From Candidatus Cloacimonadota bacterium (lineage in GTDB: Bacteria > Cloacimonadota > Cloacimonadia > Cloacimonadales > WRIO01), in the NCBI GenBank assembly GCA_029564175.1, contig JAKQQL010000110.1:1-64000 (forward strand): a stretch of DNA of 64,000 nt, written 5' to 3'. Below the pieces are notes generated by a model. The model did no database searches. It had not been told where the DNA came from and saw only the letters and a list, made by a program, of their open reading frames with translations. Shown one piece after another: positions 10,971-21,235 of this stretch (position 1 is its first letter; every line of letters begins with the position of its first letter). Both the position numbers and the translations under genes were made by a program.

Positions 10971-13900
10971 ATGGGGTTGATAAACATAAAACATTTTAGA
11001 GAATTTAATAATAAGAGATTTAGAAGATATTCACTAACCATTTTTATACTGTTCTTTGGATTCCTTTTTTCCTGGTGGATCGGTAAAAAGATTGATCAGA
11101 AGATGCGTGAGATTTTATTAAATGAGACTCAAATGGTGTCTGGAGCAGTTAATATAAATCGAATAAAATCACTTTACGGATCAGAATCAGATTTGTTATC
11201 TCCTGACTATCTTAGACTAAAAGAACAATTATCATTAATTCGATATTCTAATAAGAAAATACGTTTTATCTATATCATGGGTCGTAGAAATAATGGACAA
11301 GTGTTTTTTTATGCGGACAGTGAGCCCTTAGGTTCCAAAGATGAATCACCTGCCGGACAGATTTATGATGAGGTAACAGCAGATGAGTTGGAAGTATTTG
11401 ATAAAACAATTCCAAAAAGCTTTGGACCATTTAAAAACCGTTGGGGAACATGGGTTTCTGCACAGGTTCCTATAATCGATCCTAAAACACAAACACTAAT
11501 TGCTGTTTTGGGAATAGATTATGACTCAAAAAATTGGTATTTTGAAGTTTTTAAGCAAGCTGTATTACCTTCAGGGTTAGCTTTGCTGGCAATATCTTTT
11601 TTAGTCTTACTACTCATATTGCGCCAAAGAAATACTGAAATCCGTTATCATCAGAATGCTCTTTTAGAAAGTGAAAATCGTTATCATAGACTTTTTGCAG
11701 ATTCTCCTGATGCATATCTTGTAATAAAAAATGGCATTATTACAGATTGTAATCGGGCTACAGAGTTGATGCTAAATGGAAGTAGATCTCAAATTATTGG
11801 CTTATCACCTGATCAGCTTTCACCAAAATTTCAACCAGATGGGATTTTATCTTCAATCGCAGCAAAAGAAAAGATGTTTATCGCAAAAAGTGTTGAATTT
11901 TACTCTTTTGAGTGGGTGCATCGACGTTTTAATGATGAAGATTTTTGGGTAGAAGTAACACTTCGAAATAGTATAGAAAATAATGAACCTGTCTTTTTAC
12001 TTACTTGGCGAGATATCACAGAAAGAAAAAAAAATGAAGAATTATTAAAAAAAGAGCGATATCGTCTGGCCAATATCATTGAAGGGACTAATGTAGGTAC
12101 ATGGGAATGGAATGTACAAACCGGAGAAACTGTGTTTAATGAACGATGGGCTCAGATGATCGGTTATACCCTGGAAGAAATATCGCCTGTTTCCATAGAA
12201 ACATGGGTAAAATTTGCTCATCCTGATGATATAAAGAAAAGTGGAGAATTACTTGAAAAACATTTTGCAGGAGAGACTGACTTCTATGAATTTGAGTCCA
12301 GAATGCTTCATAAAAAAGGTGAATGGGTATGGGTTTTTGACAGAGGGAAAGTCGCTTCCTGGACTATTGATGGCAAACCTTTAATGATGATGGGGACGCA
12401 TCAGGATATAACAGGAAGAAAAAGAATTGAAGAAGAACAAAAAGCGATTCTTGAAACTACTCATGACGGCTTTTTTATTGCTGATTCAAATGCCTGTATT
12501 CTTAGTGTAAATAAAGCTTTTTGTGATATGCTTGGATACACAAAAGAAGAATTGCTAAAGCTTAAAATCTCAGATATTGAAGCGATTGAAGAACCTGCTG
12601 ATGTTGAGATGAGAGTTCAAAAATTAAAAAAATATGGTTTTGATCGCTTTCAGACAAAACATGTAAGAAAAGACGGAAGTTTACTGGATATTGAAATTAG
12701 TGTATCTATGTTGAAAGAATATGATCGCAAATTAGTTGCTTTTGCACGTGATATCTCTGAACGATTAAGAACAGAACGGGCATTACAAGATGCTAATACT
12801 CGATTATCCCTGGCAACAAAAGCTGGTAAGATTGGGGTATGGGATTATGATGTAGTTGAAAATCGTTTAGTATGGGATGATCAGATGTATGCACTTTATG
12901 GAATATCATCCAATACATTTTCTGGAGTATATGAAGCCTGGAGATCTGGTTTACATCCAGATGATCTTGAAAGGGGAGATCACGAGATTGATCTAGCGAT
13001 AAAAGGAGAAAGAGATTTTAATACAGAATTTCGTGTGCTTTGGCCAGATGGTTCAATTCACTATATCAGAGCGATTGCAGTCGTAATTAGAGATTCTGAT
13101 GGAAAAGCATTACGGATGGTTGGTACTAACTGGGATATTACAGAACAGAAAGAATACCATCAAAAATTGATTGCTGCCAAAGAACAAGCTGAAGCGGCCA
13201 GTAAAGCGAAGTCTGAGTTTTTAGCAAACATGAGCCATGAAATACGCACCCCTCTAAACGGAGTCATTGGTTTTACTGATTTACTGAAAAATACGCCGTT
13301 GTCACCTGTTCAGCTTCAGTATGTGAATAATGCCAACATTTCCGGTCATACATTACTTGGCGTAATCAATGATATACTTGATTTTTCAAAGATAGAAGCA
13401 GGAATGATGTTTCTTGAAATGATTAAAGTAGATATGTATGAATTACTTGAGAACAGTATCGATATTGTTAAATATGCAGCAGGTCAAAAAAAACTTGAAT
13501 TACTTTTGAATATTGACAGCTCAATGCCTCGTTTTGCTGTGTTTGACCCAATTCGACTTAAGCAGGTTTTCGCAAATCTGCTGGGTAATGCGATTAAATT
13601 TACAGATAATGGTGAGGTTGAGCTCAAAATAGTTTATGAAAAAATATCAGAAAACAAAGGTAAATTTATGTTTTCTGTGAGGGATACCGGTATTGGCATA
13701 TCTGAATCTCAAAAAGATAAACTTTTTAAGGCATTTTCTCAGGCAGATAGTTCCACTACGCGAAAGTTTGGAGGAACAGGTCTTGGCTTGATCATATCAG
13801 AAATGATTGTTCAGAAGATGAATAGTCATATCTATATAGAAAGTAAACAAGGCGAGGGAAGTCTCTTCTATTTTGATGTAATCACCGACACTGAATATGG

Positions 13901-14918
13901 CGATAAGTTAGCGTATTCTTCTTTTGAGAAGATTCATAATGCCCTCATTATTGATGATAACGAAAATAACCGATTAATACTGCAACATATGTTGGAAAAC
14001 TGGCAAATTAACTGTGAGTTGTGTGATAATGGATACTCAGCCCTTAAACTGCTTGAATCAGCAAAACTTTTCGATATCGTTATCTGTGATTATAATATGC
14101 CTTATATGGATGGTTTGGAAACAATAAGCATTATTCGTCAAAAACTGAATTTGACAGCAGAACAGCAACCAATCATCTTGTTACATTCTTTATCTGATGA
14201 TGCAGAACTACACAGAAAATGTGAAGAATTAGGAATTCTTTATCGATTAACGAAACCAGTAAAGAGTAATGACTTATTTTCTTATTTAAGCCAGATTCAT
14301 AATCATGGTCAAGATAAAATTAAAACTGCATTTGTTAACGGAGAAAAATCCTTTGTGCCTGAAAATTATAAAAAATCAGTTAAAATTCTGATAGCAGAAG
14401 ATTTATCGATGAATATGCTGATGATAAAGGCTTTACTCAATAAAATCATACCGGATGCCATCTTGATTGAAGTTACTAATGGATTTGATGCTGTGAAAAA
14501 AACAGCAGAATTAATGCCTGATTTAATTTTTATGGATGTTCAAATGCCTGAAATGGATGGTCTTGAGGCAACAATAGAGATTCGGAATCTTGAAGAAAAA
14601 AATCATCTGCATATCCCAATCATAGCACTTACAGCTGGTGCATTTAAAGAAGAACAGGATAAATGTCTAACTGCAGGCATGGATGATTTTTTGACCAAAC
14701 CTGTTGAACCGACAAAGATTAAAACAATTCTTAACAAGTATTTAACACGTCCGGATCATAAAAGTTCATCGGATCATTTTAATAAAATAACATTGATGGA
14801 TCGTTTTCATGATGAAGATTTTGTCTTAAGTATGATTACTTTAGCTTTAGCTGATTTTCCTGAAAAGATGAAAGAGCTGGACAATGTGTTCAATCAAAAG
14901 GATTATGAAGGTATATGA
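10971..14918 (+). CDS. Membrane hybrid histidine kinase (TM sensor-PAS repeats-HisKA-HATPase-REC-REC-truncated Hpt)
   Basis: [16 protein letters not shown]-box, GGTGLGL, two receivers. The frame continues past TGA 14916-14918 to 15107 and encodes the Hpt motif HQFKGACLNMG. Confidence 0.9.
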   Translation: MGLINIKHFREFNNKRFRRYSLTIFILFFGFLFSWWIGKKIDQKMREILLNETQMVSGAVNINRIKSLYGSESDLLSPDYLRLKEQLSLIRYSNKKIRFIYIMGRRNNGQVFFYADSEPLGSKDESPAGQIYDEVTADELEVFDKTIPKSFGPFKNRWGTWVSAQVPIIDPKTQTLIAVLGIDYDSKNWYFEVFKQAVLPSGLALLAISFLVLLLILRQRNTEIRYHQNALLESENRYHRLFADSPDAYLVIKNGIITDCNRATELMLNGSRSQIIGLSPDQLSPKFQPDGILSSIAAKEKMFIAKSVEFYSFEWVHRRFNDEDFWVEVTLRNSIENNEPVFLLTWRDITERKKNEELLKKERYRLANIIEGTNVGTWEWNVQTGETVFNERWAQMIGYTLEEISPVSIETWVKFAHPDDIKKSGELLEKHFAGETDFYEFESRMLHKKGEWVWVFDRGKVASWTIDGKPLMMMGTHQDITGRKRIEEEQKAILETTHDGFFIADSNACILSVNKAFCDMLGYTKEELLKLKISDIEAIEEPADVEMRVQKLKKYGFDRFQTKHVRKDGSLLDIEISVSMLKEYDRKLVAFARDISERLRTERALQDANTRLSLATKAGKIGVWDYDVVENRLVWDDQMYALYGISSNTFSGVYEAWRSGLHPDDLERGDHEIDLAIKGERDFNTEFRVLWPDGSIHYIRAIAVVIRDSDGKALRMVGTNWDITEQKEYHQKLIAAKEQAEAASKAKSEFLANMSHEIRTPLNGVIGFTDLLKNTPLSPVQLQYVNNANISGHTLLGVINDILDFSKIEAGMMFLEMIKVDMYELLENSIDIVKYAAGQKKLELLLNIDSSMPRFAVFDPIRLKQVFANLLGNAIKFTDNGEVELKIVYEKISENKGKFMFSVRDTGIGISESQKDKLFKAFSQADSSTTRKFGGTGLGLIISEMIVQKMNSHIYIESKQGEGSLFYFDVITDTEYGDKLAYSSFEKIHNALIIDDNENNRLILQHMLENWQINCELCDNGYSALKLLESAKLFDIVICDYNMPYMDGLETISIIRQKLNLTAEQQPIILLHSLSDDAELHRKCEELGILYRLTKPVKSNDLFSYLSQIHNHGQDKIKTAFVNGEKSFVPENYKKSVKILIAEDLSMNMLMIKALLNKIIPDAILIEVTNGFDAVKKTAELMPDLIFMDVQMPEMDGLEATIEIRNLEEKNHLHIPIIALTAGAFKEEQDKCLTAGMDDFLTKPVEPTKIKTILNKYLTRPDHKSSSDHFNKITLMDRFHDEDFVLSMITLALADFPEKMKELDNVFNQKDYEGI

Positions 14919-15180
14919 AGAATTTCTCATCAGTTTAAAGGTGCTTGTCTGAACATGGGATGTCAGGGTATGACTGAAATTTTAAAAGAAATAGAAATAA
15001 TGAGTACTTCAAATGTGGACTATTCTATGATTAACGAAAAATATAAGGCTTTAAAGATTGAGTGGGAGTATGTGAAAAAAGAAATGGATGATATGGTGTG
15101 TATTTGATAATGAATTAGTCAAATATGATACTTGACATTTTTTATTGAAATACTAATTGTGTATTTTGAAGGATGTGATA

Positions 15181-16869
15181 ATGAAAATAACTAAAAAGAC
15201 TCCTATAGGTATCAGCGACTTTAAAGAAATAATAAATGAAAATTGTTATTTTGTGGATAAATCCTTGTTAATTAAAGAAGTGATTAAAGGATCCAAAATT
15301 ATTCTTTATCCACGTCCCCGCCGTTTTGGTAAAACCATGAATTTGTCCATGCTGAGATATTTTTATGATAACAGTGAAGATAATGCTCTTCTCTTTGAAA
15401 ATCTGGCGATTAGTCAGGAACAAAGTATAATGCAGAAACAGGGGAAGCATCCAGTAATCTTTATCACTTTTAAGGATGTTAAATCTGATAATTTTGAAAA
15501 TTGTTTTTCCTCAATAAAAAAAATAATCAAACAAGAATTTGAAAGACATATGTATCTGATGGACAAACTTAATTATTTTCAAAAGAGATACTATGAAAAA
15601 ATTCTGCTTGAAACAGCTGATTATTCTGATTATGAGATTGCATTTAAAAATCTGTGCATGTATCTGCATGAATATCACAAGGCAAATCCTGTGATATTGA
15701 TCGATGAATATGATATGCCAATTCATTCTGCTTATGTATATGGGTACTATGACAAGTTAATCATATTTATCAGAAACCTGCTCAGTGCTTGTCTCAAAGA
15801 TAATAATAATTTAGAAAAAGCCGTAATGACTGGTATTTTACGAGTAGCTAAAGAGAGTATATTTTCAGGGCTGAACAATCTGGATGTCTGTTCGATATTG
15901 CAAAGTTATTCTTCTGACAAGTTTGGATTTACAGAAAAAGAGGTTGAAAAGTGTTTAACGGATTATGATTTATCTGATAGATTACCAGAAATAAAAGAAT
16001 GGTATGATGGTTATAATTTCTATGGATTTGCGATATATAATCCCTGGTCTATATTAAATTTTCTGAATAGAAAAACGATATCTCCTTACTGGGTCAATAC
16101 TTCAGGGAATGAAATGATTAAAAATTTATTGCAGGTAGCAAAATCGGGCGTTAAAAAAGATTTGGAAATCTTAGTTGAAAATGGTTCTATATCCCGTGTC
16201 ATTCAGGACAATATTGTTTATGCCGATGTTGATCAGAGTGATGATGCTTTATGGAATTTTCTGCTGATGAGTGGCTATCTCCGATATGATAATCTTCAGC
16301 AAGAAGGCCTGTACTGGATGGCTGAATTGTCTATACCGAATAAAGAAGTTCAATATTTATTTGAATATGAAGTGATAAAATCCTGGTTTAATAAAACACA
16401 AAATGATGTTAAATTAGAGAGTATTTTAGATTATCTGACAAAAGGGGATTTGAATCTATTTAAATATAATTTTATTCAGTTTTGCCAAAACTCATTTAGC
16501 TATTTTGATGTCAGTGGTAAAGAATCAGAAAAATATTATCATGCCTTTGTATTAGGAATGATCATTTCATTAAAAAACAGTTATACCATAAAAAGCAATA
16601 GAGAATCAGTCTTTGGCCGATATGATATCATGATGATACCAATGGATAAAAGCCAGAGAGCCATAATCTTTGAGTTTAAAAAAGTGAATCATTTTGCAGA
16701 TGAAGATTTTACACTGGCTTTACAAGATGCCAAAACACAAATCATCGAGAAACAATATGCCAGTGAACTGCTTGCCCTTGGGATTTCGAATATCATCAAT
16801 GTCGTGGCTGTCTTTGATAAAAAAGAAGTAAAAGTGGAATGGTTTGCTGCTTTTGATAATGAGTCATAA
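15181..16869 (+). CDS. AAA-ATPase-like plus PD-(D/E)xK nuclease (PDDEXK_9-type) protein
   Basis: PIGISDF, RPRRFGKT Walker A, ILIDEYD Walker B, YNPWS, C-terminal RES..GRYDI...IFEFK...QI..KQY. Confidence 0.9.
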   Translation: MKITKKTPIGISDFKEIINENCYFVDKSLLIKEVIKGSKIILYPRPRRFGKTMNLSMLRYFYDNSEDNALLFENLAISQEQSIMQKQGKHPVIFITFKDVKSDNFENCFSSIKKIIKQEFERHMYLMDKLNYFQKRYYEKILLETADYSDYEIAFKNLCMYLHEYHKANPVILIDEYDMPIHSAYVYGYYDKLIIFIRNLLSACLKDNNNLEKAVMTGILRVAKESIFSGLNNLDVCSILQSYSSDKFGFTEKEVEKCLTDYDLSDRLPEIKEWYDGYNFYGFAIYNPWSILNFLNRKTISPYWVNTSGNEMIKNLLQVAKSGVKKDLEILVENGSISRVIQDNIVYADVDQSDDALWNFLLMSGYLRYDNLQQEGLYWMAELSIPNKEVQYLFEYEVIKSWFNKTQNDVKLESILDYLTKGDLNLFKYNFIQFCQNSFSYFDVSGKESEKYYHAFVLGMIISLKNSYTIKSNRESVFGRYDIMMIPMDKSQRAIIFEFKKVNHFADEDFTLALQDAKTQIIEKQYASELLALGISNIINVVAVFDKKEVKVEWFAAFDNES

Positions 16870-17079
16870 AAAATATAGAATAAGAGTAAACTTTCCTACC
16901 GCACCTTTAGCGACAAGTATTGATCCGAAATTTCGGCAGAGAAGATCCACTTAGTAAGAAATATCCACTTCATCATATAATTACCTTAAATTATGAGTTA
17001 TTTAATGTGCTTTGACGCAGATTAATTATGGAGGGTATAATTAATTTAAATATACTCTGAATATACCTTTATCATACAC

Positions 17080-17829
17080 TTAAATTTCAATGTAATCTCC
17101 CGTGCCTGGTTTGTTGATTTGAAATTCATTATAAAAGCGAACAAGTGTGTAAAAATCAACACAGTGCATCGGATAAAGCAGATGGGGCTTCTTTTCTTTA
17201 AAATATAATATTGTCCCTTCAAGAGCCTGTGTATCGTATTCGCTTAAATGAAATCCGCCAATAACCGCATATAAGGGAAGAGAAGTTAATGAATGAGCAT
17301 ATTCACAGATATTACATATCCCTGAATGCGAACAGCCACTGATGACAACAAGCCCCTTTTCAGTTTTTATTGCCAAAGCTGTGTCATCTTTCATCGGATT
17401 ATCTTTGTACACCCCTTTTTCAAAATGGGTAAGTCTTGGAATTTCTCCTAAGAATATTATTTCTTTACTGATCTGGTATGGTGAATCTGAAAGAATGATT
17501 TCAAAATGATTCTGAAGATACAGCACTTCCTGTTCAGAAATATTGGTGAGTATATCGGGGTGAATAATTAGCTTGATTTTTGATTTAAACGGGTGTTTGA
17601 ACAGACCATTTAAGTGATCCCAATGATAATGAGAAATCACAATATAGTCAAGAGATTCAATATCAAGATTCATTGCCTGTGCATTGTGAACAAAAGCGCC
17701 GGTATGACCTGTATCAAATAAAATATTCAATCCATTATGCTGAATTAACAGTGAAAGACCCCATTCAGCTGTGCAACTTTTTGGTAAATGATGACCAATG
17801 TGATTTTCACAGAGTATATTGATTTTCAT
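17080..17829 (-). CDS. MBL-fold metallo-hydrolase (DHPS-like/MJ0301-like family)
   Basis: EWGLS, LFDTG, SHYHWDH, SGCSHSG, GGFH, HC motifs. Start placed at ATG 17829 after GAGG. Confidence 0.88.
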   Translation of the reverse strand: MKINILCENHIGHHLPKSCTAEWGLSLLIQHNGLNILFDTGHTGAFVHNAQAMNLDIESLDYIVISHYHWDHLNGLFKHPFKSKIKLIIHPDILTNISEQEVLYLQNHFEIILSDSPYQISKEIIFLGEIPRLTHFEKGVYKDNPMKDDTALAIKTEKGLVVISGCSHSGICNICEYAHSLTSLPLYAVIGGFHLSEYDTQALEGTILYFKEKKPHLLYPMHCVDFYTLVRFYNEFQINKPGTGDYIEI

Positions 17830-18028
17830 TCTTCCCTCATTCTTTTGCATTTCTTTCTCTACTTATATGACCTAATGTAACTGTCAAGCATAAAACCTGT
17901 TATTGCAATATTTATTCTTGTAAGCAAAAGTAGATTATCATGTTTTCTACAGGATTAATAAGAGAAAAGAATAAAAAATGTTTGCTTTATTTAAAAAGAT
18001 CATTATAATATATAAATGAAGAGGAGAA

Positions 18029-18613
18029 GTGATGAAGGTATATTTTAGTCATCATCAACAAGATTACCCTAAAAATATAGGGGATATAAGGCTTGCCTGG
18101 TATCAGAATGGCCAAATTTGTGTGATGAGAAATCATTATAAACCCCATCAGATACAGAAACAAAATATCCTTATCAGTCGGATTAATGCAGTTTGTAAGG
18201 TTGTTTGGGTGAATACTTTGTCTGCTTTTAAGAAAGATATCTCTTTATATGCGACTTTATATAAGCGCACATATCCTGGATTGAGAAAACGGGGAATCTC
18301 TTCATACAGCATCATGTTGATGTTGGTACATGCTTTGATCAGGCGGTTTCAGCTTTCTGACAGGGATTCTGAAAGTTTGATAAAAATCATTGAAGGCTTG
18401 TTAAAGGACAAAAGTCTGTATGATTTGATTCAGTTAAAACTGCTTAAATTTGTGCCTGGTGCTTATCGTTTAAATTATTGTTTGCAAAATGATAATATTC
18501 TGAATGGCTTATTTAGAAAAACTGATGCCAAACAGATATCACGTTTTTCAGATATAGTAATTCAAACTATAAGTATTATAAAAAAGGCGTATTGTCTAAG
18601 CAGGGCACCGTAA
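18029..18613 (+). CDS. Hypothetical basic protein, paralog A
   Basis: GAGGAG RBS and upstream TTGCTT..TATAAT; N-terminal ~100 aa align with the next ORF. Confidence 0.7.
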   Translation: MMKVYFSHHQQDYPKNIGDIRLAWYQNGQICVMRNHYKPHQIQKQNILISRINAVCKVVWVNTLSAFKKDISLYATLYKRTYPGLRKRGISSYSIMLMLVHALIRRFQLSDRDSESLIKIIEGLLKDKSLYDLIQLKLLKFVPGAYRLNYCLQNDNILNGLFRKTDAKQISRFSDIVIQTISIIKKAYCLSRAP

Positions 18614-18679
18614 AAATATTAAAAAATAAGATTGACTCATACAATAAAACCGATTATATAGAAAAAAAAGAGGTGCAAA

Positions 18680-19123
18680 ATGAAAGTAAAATTTAAAAAG
18701 AACATTGATTCCTATAGTGGTAAAGACAAAGAAGAAGGCATTGTGTATGCTGCTCATAACAACGGAACTATCTGTATTGCAAAGAATTACACAAAACCAA
18801 AGACGACAGATAAACAAGTCACATTTGGAAACAAAATGTCAGTAGTAAAAAGTCTATGGGCTAAGGTGAGTGACGGTTATAAAGTGGATTTAAAGGATTA
18901 TAGTCAAAAGTATTCAATGGCTGATCAGACAAAATTAGGAACAGCTTGCTATTCCATGTTTATCAAGCTGATGTATGCCTATGAAAAGCATTCTGGCATT
19001 TCACTCTTTGACATGAACATTGAATCACTCAGAGACAGTGATATCAAAACCGTTAAATCAGCTATCGAAAAAGGACTTTTGCCTGATTTAGAAATGAAGT
19101 TTAGTTATAAAGCGATTATATAA
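18680..19123 (+). CDS. Hypothetical Lys-rich protein, paralog B
   Basis: GAGGT RBS and upstream TTGACT-17-TATATA; shares MKVxF..NGxIC..N..KP..KQ..W..KxD..Y..YS pattern with paralog A. Confidence 0.75.
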   Translation: MKVKFKKNIDSYSGKDKEEGIVYAAHNNGTICIAKNYTKPKTTDKQVTFGNKMSVVKSLWAKVSDGYKVDLKDYSQKYSMADQTKLGTACYSMFIKLMYAYEKHSGISLFDMNIESLRDSDIKTVKSAIEKGLLPDLEMKFSYKAII

Positions 19124-19147
19124 ATAAAGACGTTATAAATCAGTTAT

Positions 19148-19711
19148 ATGCCTATTTTACCTGTTATTCTGGCTGCTGGAACTGGTTACCGCTTGGGTAT
19201 GCCAAAAGTTTTCTATGAGTTTCAGGGTAAGACTTTTTTCTCATGGATACTGGAGGCGTTGACTGTTCATTATCAGTCTCCGGCAGTTGTTATACAGGCT
19301 GATTATTATGCTAAGTTATGTGTAAATTATCATCAGATAAGCAAATGGGTCATCAATCCTTTTCCAGAACGTGGAATGATTAGTTCAATAAAAACAGCAC
19401 TTACTGAATATCAGGCTGAAAACTATTGCTTGATACCGATAGACTTTCCCTTTGTTATGATGCAGACTTACCAAAAGTTAGCAGAAATAAATGAGAAATT
19501 TCCGGATACAATTGTAAAGCCTGTCTTCAGGGGGCAGGGAGGGCATCCATTGATTATACCTTATATACTCGCTGAGAAGATCAGATTGGCTTCTCAAGAA
19601 CAGACGCTGAGAGAAATTATCTCTGGCTCTGATGTATATGTTCACAGAGTGGAAGTGGAAGATGCTGGTGTACTTAGAAATATAAATACTGTGGCCGATT
19701 TGTGTTTTTGA
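19148..19711 (+). CDS. mocA: MocA/MobA-like nucleotidyltransferase (probable Mo-cofactor cytidylyltransferase)
   Basis: VILAAG.G.RLG.PK, NP..ERGMISS, DFP, GGHP, NINT..D; near xdhC. Confidence 0.8.
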   Translation: MPILPVILAAGTGYRLGMPKVFYEFQGKTFFSWILEALTVHYQSPAVVIQADYYAKLCVNYHQISKWVINPFPERGMISSIKTALTEYQAENYCLIPIDFPFVMMQTYQKLAEINEKFPDTIVKPVFRGQGGHPLIIPYILAEKIRLASQEQTLREIISGSDVYVHRVEVEDAGVLRNINTVADLCF

Positions 19712-19850
19712 CACGGATACCGCTGATTAAAACGGATAATTTGCTTTATAAGACACGGATAACGCGGATAAAACGGAGAAAAGATAGTTTTAAAGGTTTT
19801 ATCAGTCATAATCCGTGAAATCAGCGTCTGAAAATTATAATCAGTGTCAA
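19708..19850. repeat. Nested palindromic element (left flank of GxxExxY)
   Basis: Triplets of 9-10 nt (A/G)C(G/T/A)GAT-ending units at 19710-19738 and 19751-19778, mirrored by ATC(A/C)G units at 19801-19829 and 19838-19850. Confidence 0.85.
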
Positions 19851-19871
19851 AAAAAAAGAATAGGAGGAACG

Positions 19872-20246
19872 ATGGGGCTGATGTATGAAGAGCTGACAGA
19901 TAAGATTATTCAGTGTTTTTATACGGTTCATAATAGTCTTGGTTATGGTTTTTTAGAGCATCTTTATGAGAAAGCAATGATGTATGAATTAGCAGAAATG
20001 GGCTTAAGAGCTGAGAATCAGAAATTAGTGGAAGTGTTTTACAAAGGTCACATGATTGGTGAATATAAACCTGACATAATCGTAGAAGACAAGGTAATAA
20101 TTGAGATCAAGTCTGTTTCAAAGATACTGCCCATCCATGAGACACAGTTAGTCAATTATCTGAGAGCAACAGGAATTAAGATTGGATTGCTTGTAAACTT
20201 CGGAGAAAGAGTCGAGTTCAAAAGACGAATATTTGACAGGAAGTGA
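19872..20246 (+). CDS. GxxExxY protein (PD-(D/E)xK nuclease superfamily)
   Basis: VHNSLGYGFLEHLYE (GxxExxY), PDIIVEDKVIIEIKS, QLVNYL, GLLVNFG. Start at ATG 19872 after AGGAGG. Confidence 0.93.
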   Translation: MGLMYEELTDKIIQCFYTVHNSLGYGFLEHLYEKAMMYELAEMGLRAENQKLVEVFYKGHMIGEYKPDIIVEDKVIIEIKSVSKILPIHETQLVNYLRATGIKIGLLVNFGERVEFKRRIFDRK

Positions 20247-20251
20247 TTATT

Positions 20252-20426
20252 AGACACAGATATCGCAGATTTTAACAGATAAGATTATTGGCAATAAAGC
20301 TTTTTTAGACCCTGATATTGCGGATAAAACGGAGAAAAGATAGTTTTAAAGGTTTAATCAGTCATAATCCTAGAAATCAGCGTCTAATAAGATAAAAATC
20401 CGTGATAATCAGCATAATCAGTGTCT
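20252..20426. repeat. Nested palindromic element (right flank of GxxExxY)
   Basis: Core 20307-20385 matches 19751-19829 at 72/79 nt; outer arms AGACACAGAT-ATCGCAGAT-TTTAACAGAT and ATCCGTGATA-ATCAGCATA-ATCAGTGTCT. Confidence 0.85.
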
Positions 20427-20461
20427 TAAAAAGAAAACAGTATCTAAAAGAAAGAGGAAGA

Positions 20462-21235
20462 GTGAAGATATATGAGGAAATCAGCAGGGCGATAGTGAAT
20501 AAAGAGCAATTATGGATAGTAACGATAACTGAAAATACAGGCTCAATACCAGGTAAAACAGGGATGAAGATGCTGGTAAATGTCATGGGGGAGATCAAGG
20601 GAACTGTAGGTGGCGGTTTGCTGGAACATTGGATTATCGAGAGAATAAAAGTAGAAAAACCTTGCTCAGCCTGTGTCTGGAACTATGAACTAAATGAAGA
20701 ATTTGAAAATCAGGTAGGCATGATTTGCGGAGGAAATGTGAGCTTTTTAGTTGAACCTTTGATAGAAGGGCAAAGACTGTATCTATTTGGTGGTGGTCAT
20801 TGTGCCATGGCACTCAGTGAGCTGGCCTCAAAGTGCGGTTTTCTGGTAACGGTTTGTGATGATCGGTCAGAATGGGCAAGTAAAGACAAACATCCCTTTG
20901 CCTTTGAAACGAAAGTGATTGATTTTAAAGAGGTATTTAGTTGTATTCCAGCGGATAAGAATGCTTATTATATTATCATGACACATGGACATCGAAATGA
21001 TGAGGTCGTTTTAAAACAACTGATTCATGAAGAACTTTGCTTTATTGGCATGTTAGGTAGCAAACAGAAAGTACATATTACATTTAATCATTTGCTCGAA
21101 CATGGAATTTCTCAAATCCAGTTAGATAAAGTAACTGCTCCTATTGGTATTCCGATAGGCTCACATGAACCGATGGAGATTGCTGTCAGTATAGTAGCTC
21201 AACTGATTCAGATTAGAAATCAAAAACAGATTTAA
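20462..21235 (+). CDS. xdhC: XdhC/CoxI family xanthine dehydrogenase accessory protein
   Basis: GSIPG, GTVGGG, GMICGG, LFGGGH, MTHGH..D, GMLGS, APIG...EIAVSI. Start placed at GTG 20462 after GAGG. Confidence 0.9.
   Translation: MKIYEEISRAIVNKEQLWIVTITENTGSIPGKTGMKMLVNVMGEIKGTVGGGLLEHWIIERIKVEKPCSACVWNYELNEEFENQVGMICGGNVSFLVEPLIEGQRLYLFGGGHCAMALSELASKCGFLVTVCDDRSEWASKDKHPFAFETKVIDFKEVFSCIPADKNAYYIIMTHGHRNDEVVLKQLIHEELCFIGMLGSKQKVHITFNHLLEHGISQIQLDKVTAPIGIPIGSHEPMEIAVSIVAQLIQIRNQKQI

Noticed and set aside
14916..14918. Selenocysteine or alternative genetic code for the in-frame TGA
   Set aside because: TGA is the normal stop of intact genes here (cheW, purH, hslO), and the position is not a redox Cys site.
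15181..16869. AAA-PD-(D/E)xK gene as a novel defence system
   Set aside because: It belongs to a common, often multicopy family and stands alone with no partner genes or flanking repeats.
16896..16976. 26-aa minus-strand micro-ORF MMKWIFLTKWIFSAEISDQYLSLKVR with a repeated AAGTGGAT
   Set aside because: Weak RBS, no downstream gene on that strand to regulate and no recognisable family; chance or a gene remnant is equally likely.
19815..20461. Longer N-termini given by the ORF track for GxxExxY (19815) and XdhC (20402)
   Set aside because: The extensions run through the palindromic repeats; RBS-supported starts are 19872 and 20462.
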